Of a stretch of DNA of 64,000 bases, positions 37,597 through 46,753 are shown piece after piece (position 1 is the first letter of the stretch; the number at the start of each line of letters is the position of its first letter). Origin of the DNA: Anaerolineales bacterium. GTDB taxonomy: Bacteria; Chloroflexota; Anaerolineae; Anaerolineales; Villigracilaceae. The stretch spans positions 1,583-65,582 of the forward strand of contig JAJTXU010000001.1 in assembly GCA_021462845.1 (NCBI GenBank), read 5' to 3'. A program made the translations under genes and the position numbers. A model generated the notes under the pieces. That model was not told the origin of the DNA and searched no databases. It worked only from the letters and a program-made list of their open reading frames with translations.

Positions 37597-38793
37597 ATGG
37601 ACTTTGAACAGATCGTAAAACGCATTGCATGGCTGGACGACGAACATCGTAAAACGCGCAGAACCATTGTCACGCTCGAAGAACGCATGGCGGCATTGGA
37701 GGGGAACATCGACGCGGTTGCCAAACAGATCAAGCCGCTGAACAAACAGATCGCCGATGTTGCATCCACCGCGGCGCGGCTGGACCAATTCGACTCGATC
37801 TTCGCCAAGCAGCGCGAAGATATGAACAAGGCGATCGATACCGTCGAGAAACGGATCGAGAAACGCGAAAAAGAATTGATCAAGCGGCATGCTCAGGATT
37901 TGGAACCGCTGACGAAATCGCTCGAAGCGCTGAAAAAAGCCACCGACCTCACCGACATCAAGCGGCAACTCAAAGCCCTGCCCAACGAAGACGCCCGCCT
38001 GCAACTCGCCATCAAGGAATTCCATCCGCTGATCGATAACGCAATGCGCGCCGCCGACGAAGCCATCCGTTCGCAAAAAGCATTTGAAGAGGCGCGTAAA
38101 CAAGAAACGAAACGCATCGCCGACCTGCACGGAGAACTGACCGCCGTTCGCAAACGAATCGACGAAGCGCGCGCCAAAGCGGACCTCAGCGCAGACGGGT
38201 TGAAAACCATCGACAGCCGCATGAACGAACTCATGCTATCAGAATCCGAGCGCAAGAGAGCGCAAACCACATTTATCGAAAGCCAGACCGTTGCGCAGAT
38301 CGACCGCGAGCATACGTACAAAGAGTGGAAGGAAAAATTCGACACGGTCAAACAACAAGCCGAAACGCTCGATCAGCAGATCGTTCAACTTGGAGAAACC
38401 CTGCGCTCCGCAAAGAAGGCGCAGGAAACGTACAACGAACTCAACACAAAACTTGAACGACGCATCAACGAAGTGACCGAGATGCAGCGCCTCACAGAAG
38501 ACCGCCTGCGGCAGGAATGGGTAACCTTCAAAGCCGATGACCAGAAACGCTGGACGGGCTACACCCTATCACAAGACGAAGGCACAAAAGATGTCCGCCG
38601 CGTCATGCAAAAGTTGGAAGAGCGCATCGACCCGCTCCTCGAATCGATCCAAACCATACAAGACCAAGTCCACCAGACGACAGACGCCACCGAGCAGCAA
38701 CTTCAAGAACTGATGAACGTCGCCCACGAGTGGATGTCTGCCTATGAGCGTATTATGGGTCACGGCAAGACGGCGAAAAAAAGTAAGAAGTAG
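37597..38793 (+). CDS. Long coiled-coil protein
   Basis: GGAGGA RBS; charged helical heptad pattern along about 398 aa; no ATPase motif. Confidence 0.85.
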   Translation: MDFEQIVKRIAWLDDEHRKTRRTIVTLEERMAALEGNIDAVAKQIKPLNKQIADVASTAARLDQFDSIFAKQREDMNKAIDTVEKRIEKREKELIKRHAQDLEPLTKSLEALKKATDLTDIKRQLKALPNEDARLQLAIKEFHPLIDNAMRAADEAIRSQKAFEEARKQETKRIADLHGELTAVRKRIDEARAKADLSADGLKTIDSRMNELMLSESERKRAQTTFIESQTVAQIDREHTYKEWKEKFDTVKQQAETLDQQIVQLGETLRSAKKAQETYNELNTKLERRINEVTEMQRLTEDRLRQEWVTFKADDQKRWTGYTLSQDEGTKDVRRVMQKLEERIDPLLESIQTIQDQVHQTTDATEQQLQELMNVAHEWMSAYERIMGHGKTAKKSKK

Positions 38794-38808
38794 AAAGTAG
38801 AAAGTAGA
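38781..38808. repeat. Heptamer tandem repeat (AAGTAGA)x3 plus one degenerate unit
   Basis: Overlaps and supplies the stop codon of the coiled-coil gene. Confidence 0.8.
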
Positions 38809-38894
38809 AAACCGCCTCAACTTTCCACCTTAGCTTTGCTCTTTCTTCTGTCATAATCAAAGAGAGAAAAGCCCGCCCTGAGTATATCGAGGGG

Positions 38895-40808
38895 ATGAAA
38901 GATTTTATTGTTATGCGAGTCATCGGAACAGCCGGTCACGTTGACCACGGGAAATCCACGCTAATTGCCGCGCTCACGGGCACACACCCCGACCGCCTCA
39001 AAGAAGAGCAGGCGCGCGAAATGACCATCGAACTGGGCTTCGGCTGGCTCACCTTGCCAAGCGGAGAAGAGATCGGCATCGTAGACGTGCCGGGCCACCG
39101 TGATTTCATCGAAAATATGTTGGCGGGTGTTGGGGGCATCGACGCCGCGCTCCTTATCATCGCCGCAGACGAAGGCGTAATGCCGCAAACAAAAGAACAC
39201 CTTGCCATTTTGGATTTATTGGAGATTCCCGCCGGCTTGATCGCGCTGACCAAGTGCGACCTCGCTTCAGACCCAGGGTGGCTTGATCTGCTCGAAGCCG
39301 ACATTCGCGCCATCGTGAAAGACACCGCCCTGCGCGACGCGCCCATCGTCCGAGTTTCTGCAAAGACTAAAATAGGACTCGATGATCTAATTTCCAATCT
39401 TCAATCTCTATTGGAAAATAAACCCGCCCGCCCGGACCTCCATCGTCCCCGCCTGCCTATCGACCGCGTCTTCAGCATGAGCGGGTTCGGCACAGTCGTC
39501 ACCGGCACACTGAGCGATGGGCAATTAACGGTTGGCGATGAAGTCGAAATTCTGCCCTCCGGAATTAAAGGACGAGTGCGCGGTTTGCAAACTCACAAGA
39601 AAAAGGAGGATATCGCCATCCCCGGCTCGCGCGCGGCGGTGAACATCTCCGGCGTGGATGCAGAATCCATCCGCCGGGGAGATGTGCTCGCCCGCCCGGA
39701 TCAATATCAACCTGCCCGCAGACTCGATGCACGAATCCGATTACTAAACGATGCGACAACAGGCTTGAAACACAACGACGAGGTCAAATTCTTTGTCGGC
39801 GCGAGCGAGGCAATTGCCACTGTCCGATTGCTGGGAGCCGAAGAATTACAGCCCGGCAGTGAAGGTTGGGTACAACTTGAATTGCGCGAGCCGATCGTTG
39901 CCGTACGCGGCGACCGATACATTCTGCGGCGTCCCTCGCCCGGCGAAACTTTGGGCGGCGGCAGGGTCGTGGATCACCAACCGAAGGGCAGGCACAAACG
40001 CTTCGATGAATCGATATTGAAATCGCTAGAGTCGCTTGCGCAAGGCGCGCCAGCCGACATTCTGCTCGAGGCGGCGAACGCGCTCGGCATCGCGCCGATC
40101 AAAGAAATCATCGCCCGCTCGAGGCAGGACGCAACAAACGCGGAAACAGCGTTGACAGAATTACTGCTTTCCAACTCCCTGGTACAACTTGAGGAGGGCG
40201 CGCCCGCCGTCTCCAGCGATTCGCTTGTCGCCAGCCAGTCACATTGGCAAACTACGCGCTCTAGAATTTTGCAAATCATCTCTGAGTTTCATAAAGCCTT
40301 TCCACTGCGGCGGGGTATGCCGCGCGAAGAAATCAAAAGCAAGTTGAAAGTATCGCCGCGTGTCTTCAACGCCATTCTTGCGAGGCTGGGCGCCGAGCGC
40401 TCAATCGTAGACAACGCTTCAACGATTTCCCTGCCGGGGCACGAGGTCCGCTTCACGGCGGGCGAGCAGGCGGCAATTGAGAGAGTGAGGCGCAAGTTTG
40501 AGGCGAATCCGTTCAGCCCGCCAAGCGTCAAAGATTGCCAGGCAGAGGTCGGGGAGGATGTCTTGAACGCGCTGATCGATAGCGGCGAGTTTACGCCAGT
40601 GTCGTCCGATGTCATTTTTCGTAAGTCTGAATACGATTCCATAAAGGAAAAAGTCAAACACACCATCGAAACACAAGGTAAAATTTCCCTCGCAGAAGTC
40701 AGAGATACGTTCAACACCAGCCGAAAGTACGCGCAGGCTTTGCTCGAACATTTTGACGCGATCGGCTTTACCAAACGCGACGGCGATTTCAGGAAGTTGA
40801 GGAACTAA
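38895..40808 (+). CDS. selB: Selenocysteine-specific translation elongation factor
   Basis: GTAGHVDHGKS, REMTIELGF, DVPGHRDFIENM, RLPIDRVFSMSGFGTVVTGT, C-terminal TSRKYAQALLEHFD winged helix; start may be 38913. Confidence 0.95.
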   Translation: MKDFIVMRVIGTAGHVDHGKSTLIAALTGTHPDRLKEEQAREMTIELGFGWLTLPSGEEIGIVDVPGHRDFIENMLAGVGGIDAALLIIAADEGVMPQTKEHLAILDLLEIPAGLIALTKCDLASDPGWLDLLEADIRAIVKDTALRDAPIVRVSAKTKIGLDDLISNLQSLLENKPARPDLHRPRLPIDRVFSMSGFGTVVTGTLSDGQLTVGDEVEILPSGIKGRVRGLQTHKKKEDIAIPGSRAAVNISGVDAESIRRGDVLARPDQYQPARRLDARIRLLNDATTGLKHNDEVKFFVGASEAIATVRLLGAEELQPGSEGWVQLELREPIVAVRGDRYILRRPSPGETLGGGRVVDHQPKGRHKRFDESILKSLESLAQGAPADILLEAANALGIAPIKEIIARSRQDATNAETALTELLLSNSLVQLEEGAPAVSSDSLVASQSHWQTTRSRILQIISEFHKAFPLRRGMPREEIKSKLKVSPRVFNAILARLGAERSIVDNASTISLPGHEVRFTAGEQAAIERVRRKFEANPFSPPSVKDCQAEVGEDVLNALIDSGEFTPVSSDVIFRKSEYDSIKEKVKHTIETQGKISLAEVRDTFNTSRKYAQALLEHFDAIGFTKRDGDFRKLRN

Positions 40809-41479
40809 TGTGCGGACGATTCACGTTGACGGTTGACCCTGCCGACTTGCAGGAAAAATTCGGCAACTATACATTCCCGAAAAAATTTGCGCCGCGATTC
40901 AATATCGCGCCGACCCAGCCTGTGCTGGCGATTCCGAATACGGAAAAGTTCAAGGCGGATTTTTTTGTGTGGGGCTTGATTCCCATGTGGGCAAAGGACC
41001 CCGGCATCGGTAGTCGCTTGATCAACGCGCGCGGCGAGACGGTTGCCGAGAAGCCGTCGTTTCGCGGCAGTTTGAAATACAAGCGCTGTCTTGTGCTTGC
41101 CGATGGGTTTTACGAATGGAAAGCCCAGCCCGGCAAGAAAACAAAAACACCGTTTTACATCCACATGAAAGACCGCCAGCCGTTTGCCATTGCCGGTTTG
41201 TGGGACACATGGAACAGCCCGGATGGATCTTCGATCAAGACTTGCGCGCTCATCACCACCGGGTCAAACGAGTTGATGGAAATGATCCATGATCGTATGC
41301 CGGTGATTGTGCACCCGCGCGACTATGCCAAATGGCTCGATCCTTCGCCGCAAACGCCGGACCAGTTGCTTCCGCTCATTAAGCCATTCCCCGCCGAAAT
41401 GATGGATGCTTACCCGGTCAGCGCGCTGGTCAACAAGGCGTCGAACGACAAGCCTGAACTGGTTGTGCCGGCAAAGTAG
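40808..41479 (+). CDS. SOS response-associated peptidase (SRAP/YedK/HMCES family)
   Basis: MCGRF N-terminus, RFNIAPTQ, INARGET, DGFYEW, IHDRMPVI; TAATG overlap with selB. Confidence 0.95.
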   Translation: MCGRFTLTVDPADLQEKFGNYTFPKKFAPRFNIAPTQPVLAIPNTEKFKADFFVWGLIPMWAKDPGIGSRLINARGETVAEKPSFRGSLKYKRCLVLADGFYEWKAQPGKKTKTPFYIHMKDRQPFAIAGLWDTWNSPDGSSIKTCALITTGSNELMEMIHDRMPVIVHPRDYAKWLDPSPQTPDQLLPLIKPFPAEMMDAYPVSALVNKASNDKPELVVPAK

Positions 41480-41512
41480 TCTTATTCCGAGTAACTATGA
41501 TTGCCTGACGGC

Positions 41513-41570
41513 GTAGCGGCGACTTCAGTCGCTTTTACGCCGCAAAACAAACGACTGAAGTCGTTACTAC
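41513..41570. repeat. GTAG-type REP doublet
   Basis: GTAGCGGCGACTTCAGTCGC...ACGACTGAAGTCGTTACTAC. Confidence 0.8.
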
Positions 41571-41734
41571 GGTAAACTAATTTGTGTTACTCTGAATAGT
41601 CCACACTTCCTTCCGTATCTTCAAGCATTCAGTGCGCGAATGCGAGTACTTGTAAAATTTGCGTCTCGATCAGTGCGGCAAAATTTACCTTGCCTGCCGG
41701 GGCGCAAAATAATTTTTGTTGTGCGATCCGCGCT

Positions 41735-43003
41735 ATGATTCATCAAATTCGATTATCGCTCGCCGGGCGATTCCCGGCGCTCACCTCGCGCGACTTTGCG
41801 ATTTTCTGGCTGGGGCATCTGCTCTCATTGGTGGGAACATCCATGCAGAACACCGCCCAGCCTCTCCTCGCTTATCGCCTCAGCGGACGCCCGTTCGACC
41901 TGGGTCTGATCGGCTTTGCATTCGCCTTGCCGACTTTTTTTCTGGCATTTCCTTCCGGCGTATTAGTCGAACGATGGGATAAGCGCAAAACGGTCATGAT
42001 TCTGCAAGCAGTGATGATGATCGAAACCCTCATTCTGGCTGTGCTTACGTTGACCGGCAGAATCCAAATTTGGCACATCATTGTTCTTTCGATGGTCTTG
42101 GGAATTGCCACCACCTTCGAGATTACCGCGCGGCAATCCATGTTGATCGAACTAGTCGGCAGCGAACACTTACCCAATGCCATTGCTTTGCAATCGACGG
42201 CTTTCAACATGTCGCGCGTGCTTGGTCCTGCCCTGGCGGCTCCCTTGCTCTTGATCCTCCCGTCCAATGGAGAGGGGTGGATATTTCTGCTGAACGCGTT
42301 GAGTTTCGGGGCGATACTCATCAGTTTGTTTTCGGTCAGGTTGACGCATAAGGTAGAACCGATCCTATCGAATCAATCGATTGCCCGGGATTTTCTGGAT
42401 GGAGGCAGGTACATTCTCGCGCACCGCAACATCGCGGCAATTATTTTACTTGCCGCTATATTGGGGCTCTTCGGAATGCCGGTCATGCAACAGATCCCGG
42501 TACTGGCAAAGGATGTTCTTGCGCAGATCGGCGACACGAAATCCATTGTGGATGCGCGCAATAGCGCGTTATATCTCGCTCTGGGGTCTGGCGCGCTCGC
42601 GGCGGCTTTGATGATCGCGTTCAACAATTCCGCGCACCGGAGGGGAGCGCGTCTTCTGATGGGAGAAGCGGCATTCATCGTTGGCTTAATGGGCATCGCG
42701 TTTTTGAATCAACTATGGTTCGCGGTGGCTTTGGTCGCGTTGATGGGCTGGGGCGGCGTGACGCAATTCGCCACCATGAACACTCTGCTTCAAACGCAGG
42801 TTTCGAACGAATTACGCGGGCGCGTGTACAGCGTATACTTGTGGTCGTTTCAGGGAATTGCGCCTTTCGGCAGTTTGCTGATCGGGTGGATGACGCAGAA
42901 TTTATCCCTTCCGACCACAGCCATGGTGTGCGGGCTTGTTTGCCTGATCGGCTTAGGCGGAATTCAGGCGCTTTTTCCAGCCGTTCGCAGATCTGCGGCT
43001 TAA
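41735..43003 (+). CDS. MFS transporter (EntS/MFS_3-like)
   Basis: 12-TM pattern; GVLVERWDKRK motif A; LPNAIALQS. Confidence 0.88.
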   Translation: MIHQIRLSLAGRFPALTSRDFAIFWLGHLLSLVGTSMQNTAQPLLAYRLSGRPFDLGLIGFAFALPTFFLAFPSGVLVERWDKRKTVMILQAVMMIETLILAVLTLTGRIQIWHIIVLSMVLGIATTFEITARQSMLIELVGSEHLPNAIALQSTAFNMSRVLGPALAAPLLLILPSNGEGWIFLLNALSFGAILISLFSVRLTHKVEPILSNQSIARDFLDGGRYILAHRNIAAIILLAAILGLFGMPVMQQIPVLAKDVLAQIGDTKSIVDARNSALYLALGSGALAAALMIAFNNSAHRRGARLLMGEAAFIVGLMGIAFLNQLWFAVALVALMGWGGVTQFATMNTLLQTQVSNELRGRVYSVYLWSFQGIAPFGSLLIGWMTQNLSLPTTAMVCGLVCLIGLGGIQALFPAVRRSAA

Positions 43004-43077
43004 CGTCAGGTTAGCGTTCGAGCGGCGTGGTTGACTTCGATTTTTTGGACGTGTTATGATGATTTTGAAAATACGCT

Positions 43078-44211
43078 ATGAGTGATAACGAAAAGCGCGG
43101 AGTATTCGCGCGCATTACTGAAACACTGGTCGGCATTGGGCTGGGCGAATCGTTCTTTCGCATCGGGACGTTGATTTTATCGGTGGCGTTGATCGGAGCG
43201 ATCATCTGGCTGGCGCGTATCTTCTTCGCGCAGAACATCCCTGCCGGGGCTGAGACAGTGTCTCAGGCAACTGAGGCGCCTGTACTCGTGGCTGGAATCG
43301 AATCCATCGGCGGTGATAATTCGTTTGGCGGGGTTCCGCGTCTTGCGCAAGTGCACACCACAATTCCCTCGCGTCCGCGCGAGAAGGTGATCGAGTACAC
43401 GGTTGTTGAAGGCGATACGATCTTTGGCATTGCCCAAAATTACGGACTGGAACCACAAACTGTTTTATGGAGCAATTATTACACGTTACTCGATAACCCG
43501 CACTCGTTGAAACCCGGGCAGGACTTGAACATCCTGCCGGTCAATGGCACGTATCACGAATGGCAACAAGGCGAGGGGTTGAATGGCGTGGCAAAGTATT
43601 ACGGTGTGACCCCGGAAGACATCATCAATTACGCGCCGAACGGGCTAGACCCCGCCACCATTGGCGATTTTGCCGCTCCAAACATCGCGCCGGGCACATG
43701 GTTGATCGTACCGGGAGGCAAACGCGAGTTCATTGCGTGGAGCGCTCCGCTCGGAGTGACGCGCGAAAACCCCGCCTCGGCGCGAGTGCTGGGACCTGGC
43801 GCATGCGAACCGGTGACTGGAGGCGCAGTTGGCTTTGGAACGTTCGTTTGGCCCGCAAGCCAGCATGCCCGTTCGGGCTTTGATTATTCGCCCGGCACCA
43901 ATCACTGGGGCATCGATATCGCCGGCAACGAGGGCGAAGGCGCATACGCCACAGACGCTGGCGTGATCGTATATGCGGGTTGGAACAACTACGGTTATGG
44001 CAACATGATCATGGTGGATCATGGGAATAACTTCCAATCGCTATATGCGCACCTGAGCGGCATCAGCGTAGTGTGCGGACAAAGCGTCGGGCAGGGAGAC
44101 TTAATCGGTATCATCGGCAACACAGGACGTTCGAGCGGTTCGCATCTCCATTTCGAGATTCGCGCCATTTCATCCTGGGTCAACCCATGGGATGTATTGC
44201 CGCCGCCGTAA
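43078..44211 (+). CDS. LysM-domain M23 family metallopeptidase
   Basis: YTVVEGDTIFGIA LysM; HWGID, YAHL, HLHFEIR. Confidence 0.92.
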   Translation: MSDNEKRGVFARITETLVGIGLGESFFRIGTLILSVALIGAIIWLARIFFAQNIPAGAETVSQATEAPVLVAGIESIGGDNSFGGVPRLAQVHTTIPSRPREKVIEYTVVEGDTIFGIAQNYGLEPQTVLWSNYYTLLDNPHSLKPGQDLNILPVNGTYHEWQQGEGLNGVAKYYGVTPEDIINYAPNGLDPATIGDFAAPNIAPGTWLIVPGGKREFIAWSAPLGVTRENPASARVLGPGACEPVTGGAVGFGTFVWPASQHARSGFDYSPGTNHWGIDIAGNEGEGAYATDAGVIVYAGWNNYGYGNMIMVDHGNNFQSLYAHLSGISVVCGQSVGQGDLIGIIGNTGRSSGSHLHFEIRAISSWVNPWDVLPPP

Positions 44212-44251
44212 GGGAGGAAACAGGCACGCAGGTGAGTATGTAAATAACGGC

Positions 44252-44280
44252 TTGCCGAAGAACTTTATCTCGGCTATAAT
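44252..44280 (+). promoter_or_regulatory. Sigma70 promoter of the tRNA gene
   Basis: TTGCCG-N17-TATAAT. Confidence 0.7.
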
Positions 44281-44302
44281 GCCGTCACGCTAAACAAGGC
44301 AG

Positions 44303-44376
44303 GGGCGCTTAGCTCAGTTGGTTAGAGCGCATCTATCACACAGATGAGGCCAGGGGTTCGAGTCCCTTAGCGCCCA
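44303..44376 (+). tRNA. tRNA-Val (anticodon CAC), CCA end not encoded
   Basis: GGGCGCT/AGCGCCC acceptor stem, GCTC/GAGC D-stem, CATCT-ATCACAC-AGATG anticodon arm, TTCGAGT T-loop, discriminator A. Confidence 0.95.
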
Positions 44377-44377
44377 C

Positions 44378-44417
44378 AAAACAAAAAACGAGTCACATCG
44401 ACTCGTTTTTTGTTTTG
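44378..44417 (+). terminator. Intrinsic terminator after the tRNA
   Basis: AAAACAAAAAACGAGTC-acatc-GACTCGTTTTTTGTTTT. Confidence 0.85.
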
Positions 44418-44421
44418 TATC

Positions 44422-44539
44422 ATGACTTACGCAGATCGAAAACCTTTTGCCGCGAATTTCACTAATTCACGCGAATTTTTAAAAATTAGCGGAAATTCGC
44501 GTAATTCGCGGCTTGGTATTGGGGTTTTGCGTAAGTCCT
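44422..44539. mobile_element. MITE-like element ATGACTTACGCA...TGCGTAAGTCCT
   Basis: Inverted sister of 24895-25013 with conserved ends and internal GCCGCGAATT...AATTCGCGGC arms. Confidence 0.7.
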
Positions 44540-44602
44540 ATGTATAAGAGAGTAGTAAGAAATCAGACAAAACGCCTCAAACTTGCTTTATAATTTTCGA
44601 TC

Positions 44603-45241
44603 ATGGCATCACGAACAAATGAACAATGGCTTGCAGAGCTGAGGGCATCGGGGCTGGCGCGCGAAACCGCTCTCGACGATCTGCGCGCGGTTATTCAAAA
44701 GGGCTTGCCGTACGCCCTTTCACGCTGGCTGTCTCCGGACCAACCGCAATTCAACGCGCTTGTTGAGGAAGTCGCACAAGAGACCCTCCTGCGCGTGCTC
44801 GACCAACTCGACACCTTCGAGGGACGCAGTCAATTCACCACGTGGGTGCACAAGATCGCCGTGCGGATCGCCCTGACCGAACTGCGCCGCAAACGCTGGC
44901 GGGATTCGTCGCTGGATGAACTCACAGAAAACGAAGACGTTCCTCCCCCGCCCGGCCTGCTCGCCGACCCTCACGCCGGACCTGAAACCTCGGCAGAGCG
45001 CGCGGATATGCTTACCCATGTTCGGCGTATCATCGAAGAGGAACTAACCGACCGTCAGCGCGAGGCGCTCATCCTGCTCGGCGTGCGCGATATGCCAATG
45101 GAAGAGGCGGCGCGAAAACTCAAGACCAACCGCAATGCCCTGTACAAACTTCTGCACGACGCGCGCGTCCGCCTCAAAAACAGACTCTCAATGGAAGACA
45201 TCGCCCCATACGAAGTCCTTGCTCTTTTCGAACAAAAGTAA
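44603..45241 (+). CDS. ECF RNA polymerase sigma factor
   Basis: EEVAQETLL, FEGRSQFTTWVHKIAVR (region 2), LTDRQREAL (region 4). Confidence 0.92.
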   Translation: MASRTNEQWLAELRASGLARETALDDLRAVIQKGLPYALSRWLSPDQPQFNALVEEVAQETLLRVLDQLDTFEGRSQFTTWVHKIAVRIALTELRRKRWRDSSLDELTENEDVPPPPGLLADPHAGPETSAERADMLTHVRRIIEEELTDRQREALILLGVRDMPMEEAARKLKTNRNALYKLLHDARVRLKNRLSMEDIAPYEVLALFEQK

Positions 45242-45278
45242 GATAGACTCAAGCCTGACCGTCAAATAAATCGAAACC

Positions 45279-45569
45279 ATGAACATCAAAGACCTTGTCA
45301 ACCGCGTCCGCGCCAATTTGGGCAAGAAGCAGGAACTCCCCAACGAGGCTGTGCTTGGGTTTCTGCGCGTGTTGGAAAACCTGCCCGCCGAAGAACTTAC
45401 CTGCGATGAGATCTACGCCCAGCTAGACGAATACGTAGAGCACGAAGCGCGCAACCATGACGCCGCCCACCTCATGCCGCTCATTCGGGATCACCTCGAC
45501 CTGTGCCCAGAGTGTTGTGAAGAATACGAAGTTTTGCTCGATGTGGTAAAAAAGACCGACGAAAAATAA
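45279..45569 (+). CDS. Zinc-finger (zf-HC2/ZAS) anti-sigma factor-like protein
   Basis: LTCDE...LDEYV...HLDLCPECCEEY directly after the ECF sigma. Confidence 0.85.
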   Translation: MNIKDLVNRVRANLGKKQELPNEAVLGFLRVLENLPAEELTCDEIYAQLDEYVEHEARNHDAAHLMPLIRDHLDLCPECCEEYEVLLDVVKKTDEK

Positions 45570-45596
45570 ACCGACAGGCGCATACCTGTCGGTTTT
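45568..45596 (+). terminator. Intrinsic terminator
   Basis: AAACCGACAGG-cgcata-CCTGTCGGTTTT. Confidence 0.75.
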
Positions 45597-45799
45597 GATT
45601 TAGCGCCTCGCCTTTTCCAACGACAGAAGATTCTGACTCAGAGAGTGTTCCTTAACTTCTTTTTTAGACACGGATTTCACTGACTGCCGCTGCTTGGCGC
45701 AGCGTCACGGAAAGAGCCTTTAAAAAATTGGCTTTTTTCCGTGTGCTCCGTGATACCCGTGTACAAAAGAACGAAGTTTCAGACTTAAGAAACAGTCTC

Positions 45800-46747
45800 T
45801 CAGGAATTCGCCCTCATTTTCTGCCGCTTGATCGCGGCGCGAAATATTCGGTCCAGAAAACCATCATGTCCCGCCGCATCCCACGAGATCGGCAGGTCGG
45901 AATGACTACGGTCGTTGGGTCCGTAATACAAAATTCCACAGTTGGGGTTGATCTCAATGATCACGATCTCGCCGTTCGGTCGTACCCGCAAGTCAATTCG
46001 CGCGTACCCGTTCCCGTCCATGGCAAGGAAGAAGTTGCGCGATACCTCTTGAATTCGAGTGGCGAGCGCGTCATCGTTCAGTGGGACAACATAAATATCA
46101 AAACTGTACCATTTCGCGGCTTCGTGCAGAAACGTCTCACCCTCAGGGAATAAGACTTCTGCGGGCGAATACACAAAGGGAGATTTGGCGTCATCCGCGT
46201 TTTCAACGACCAAACAGGACAACTCCCGCCCCTCGACAAATTCTTCCACGCGGGCTGAGCCGTATGCTTCCAACATTCGCTCAAACTGGATCTTCAATTC
46301 CTCCGGATTCGTCACGCGCGATTCTTTCGTCAACCCCGTGCTGGCAAAACTGTTCGGATGCTTCACGATCAAGGGATATGGGAGTCCGTCCGCCTGTTTC
46401 AAATCATCAAGCGACTCGGCGTGAAATCCGCGCGCAAAACGGATTTGGTTTGCTTCCGCCGCCGCTTGCATTTCCTCCCGTGTGGCGCGATAAAATTTCG
46501 ACCCCGCGCCCGTAAACGGAAGATTCAACTGCTCGAGCGCGCGAACGAATTGCAGTCCCGAACTCTCCTTCTCATCCTCCCCCTCATAAATATTCAGGCA
46601 CACATCATAGCGGCGCGAACGCGACAACTCGGCAATAAACTCGGTCACGGGCGGCGCAACCGTCACAAAGTCCCAATCGTAATTTTTGAGATAAATCTCA
46701 GGGTTGAAATCTTCGATCTTTTCATCAGTCAACAGGCACACACGCAT
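45800..46747 (-). CDS. ATP-grasp ligase, D-Ala-D-Ala ligase-like family, paralog 2
   Basis: LPFTG, IVKHPNSFASTG, EEFVEGRE, YARIDLR, EINPNCG. Confidence 0.85.
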   Translation of the reverse strand: MRVCLLTDEKIEDFNPEIYLKNYDWDFVTVAPPVTEFIAELSRSRRYDVCLNIYEGEDEKESSGLQFVRALEQLNLPFTGAGSKFYRATREEMQAAAEANQIRFARGFHAESLDDLKQADGLPYPLIVKHPNSFASTGLTKESRVTNPEELKIQFERMLEAYGSARVEEFVEGRELSCLVVENADDAKSPFVYSPAEVLFPEGETFLHEAAKWYSFDIYVVPLNDDALATRIQEVSRNFFLAMDGNGYARIDLRVRPNGEIVIIEINPNCGILYYGPNDRSHSDLPISWDAAGHDGFLDRIFRAAIKRQKMRANS

Positions 46748-46753
46748 ACAGCC

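Noticed and set aside
38895-40808. Selenoprotein genes near selB
   Set aside because: I found no convincing in-frame UGA followed by conserved coding sequence and a SECIS-like hairpin in this window; a manual scan is not exhaustive
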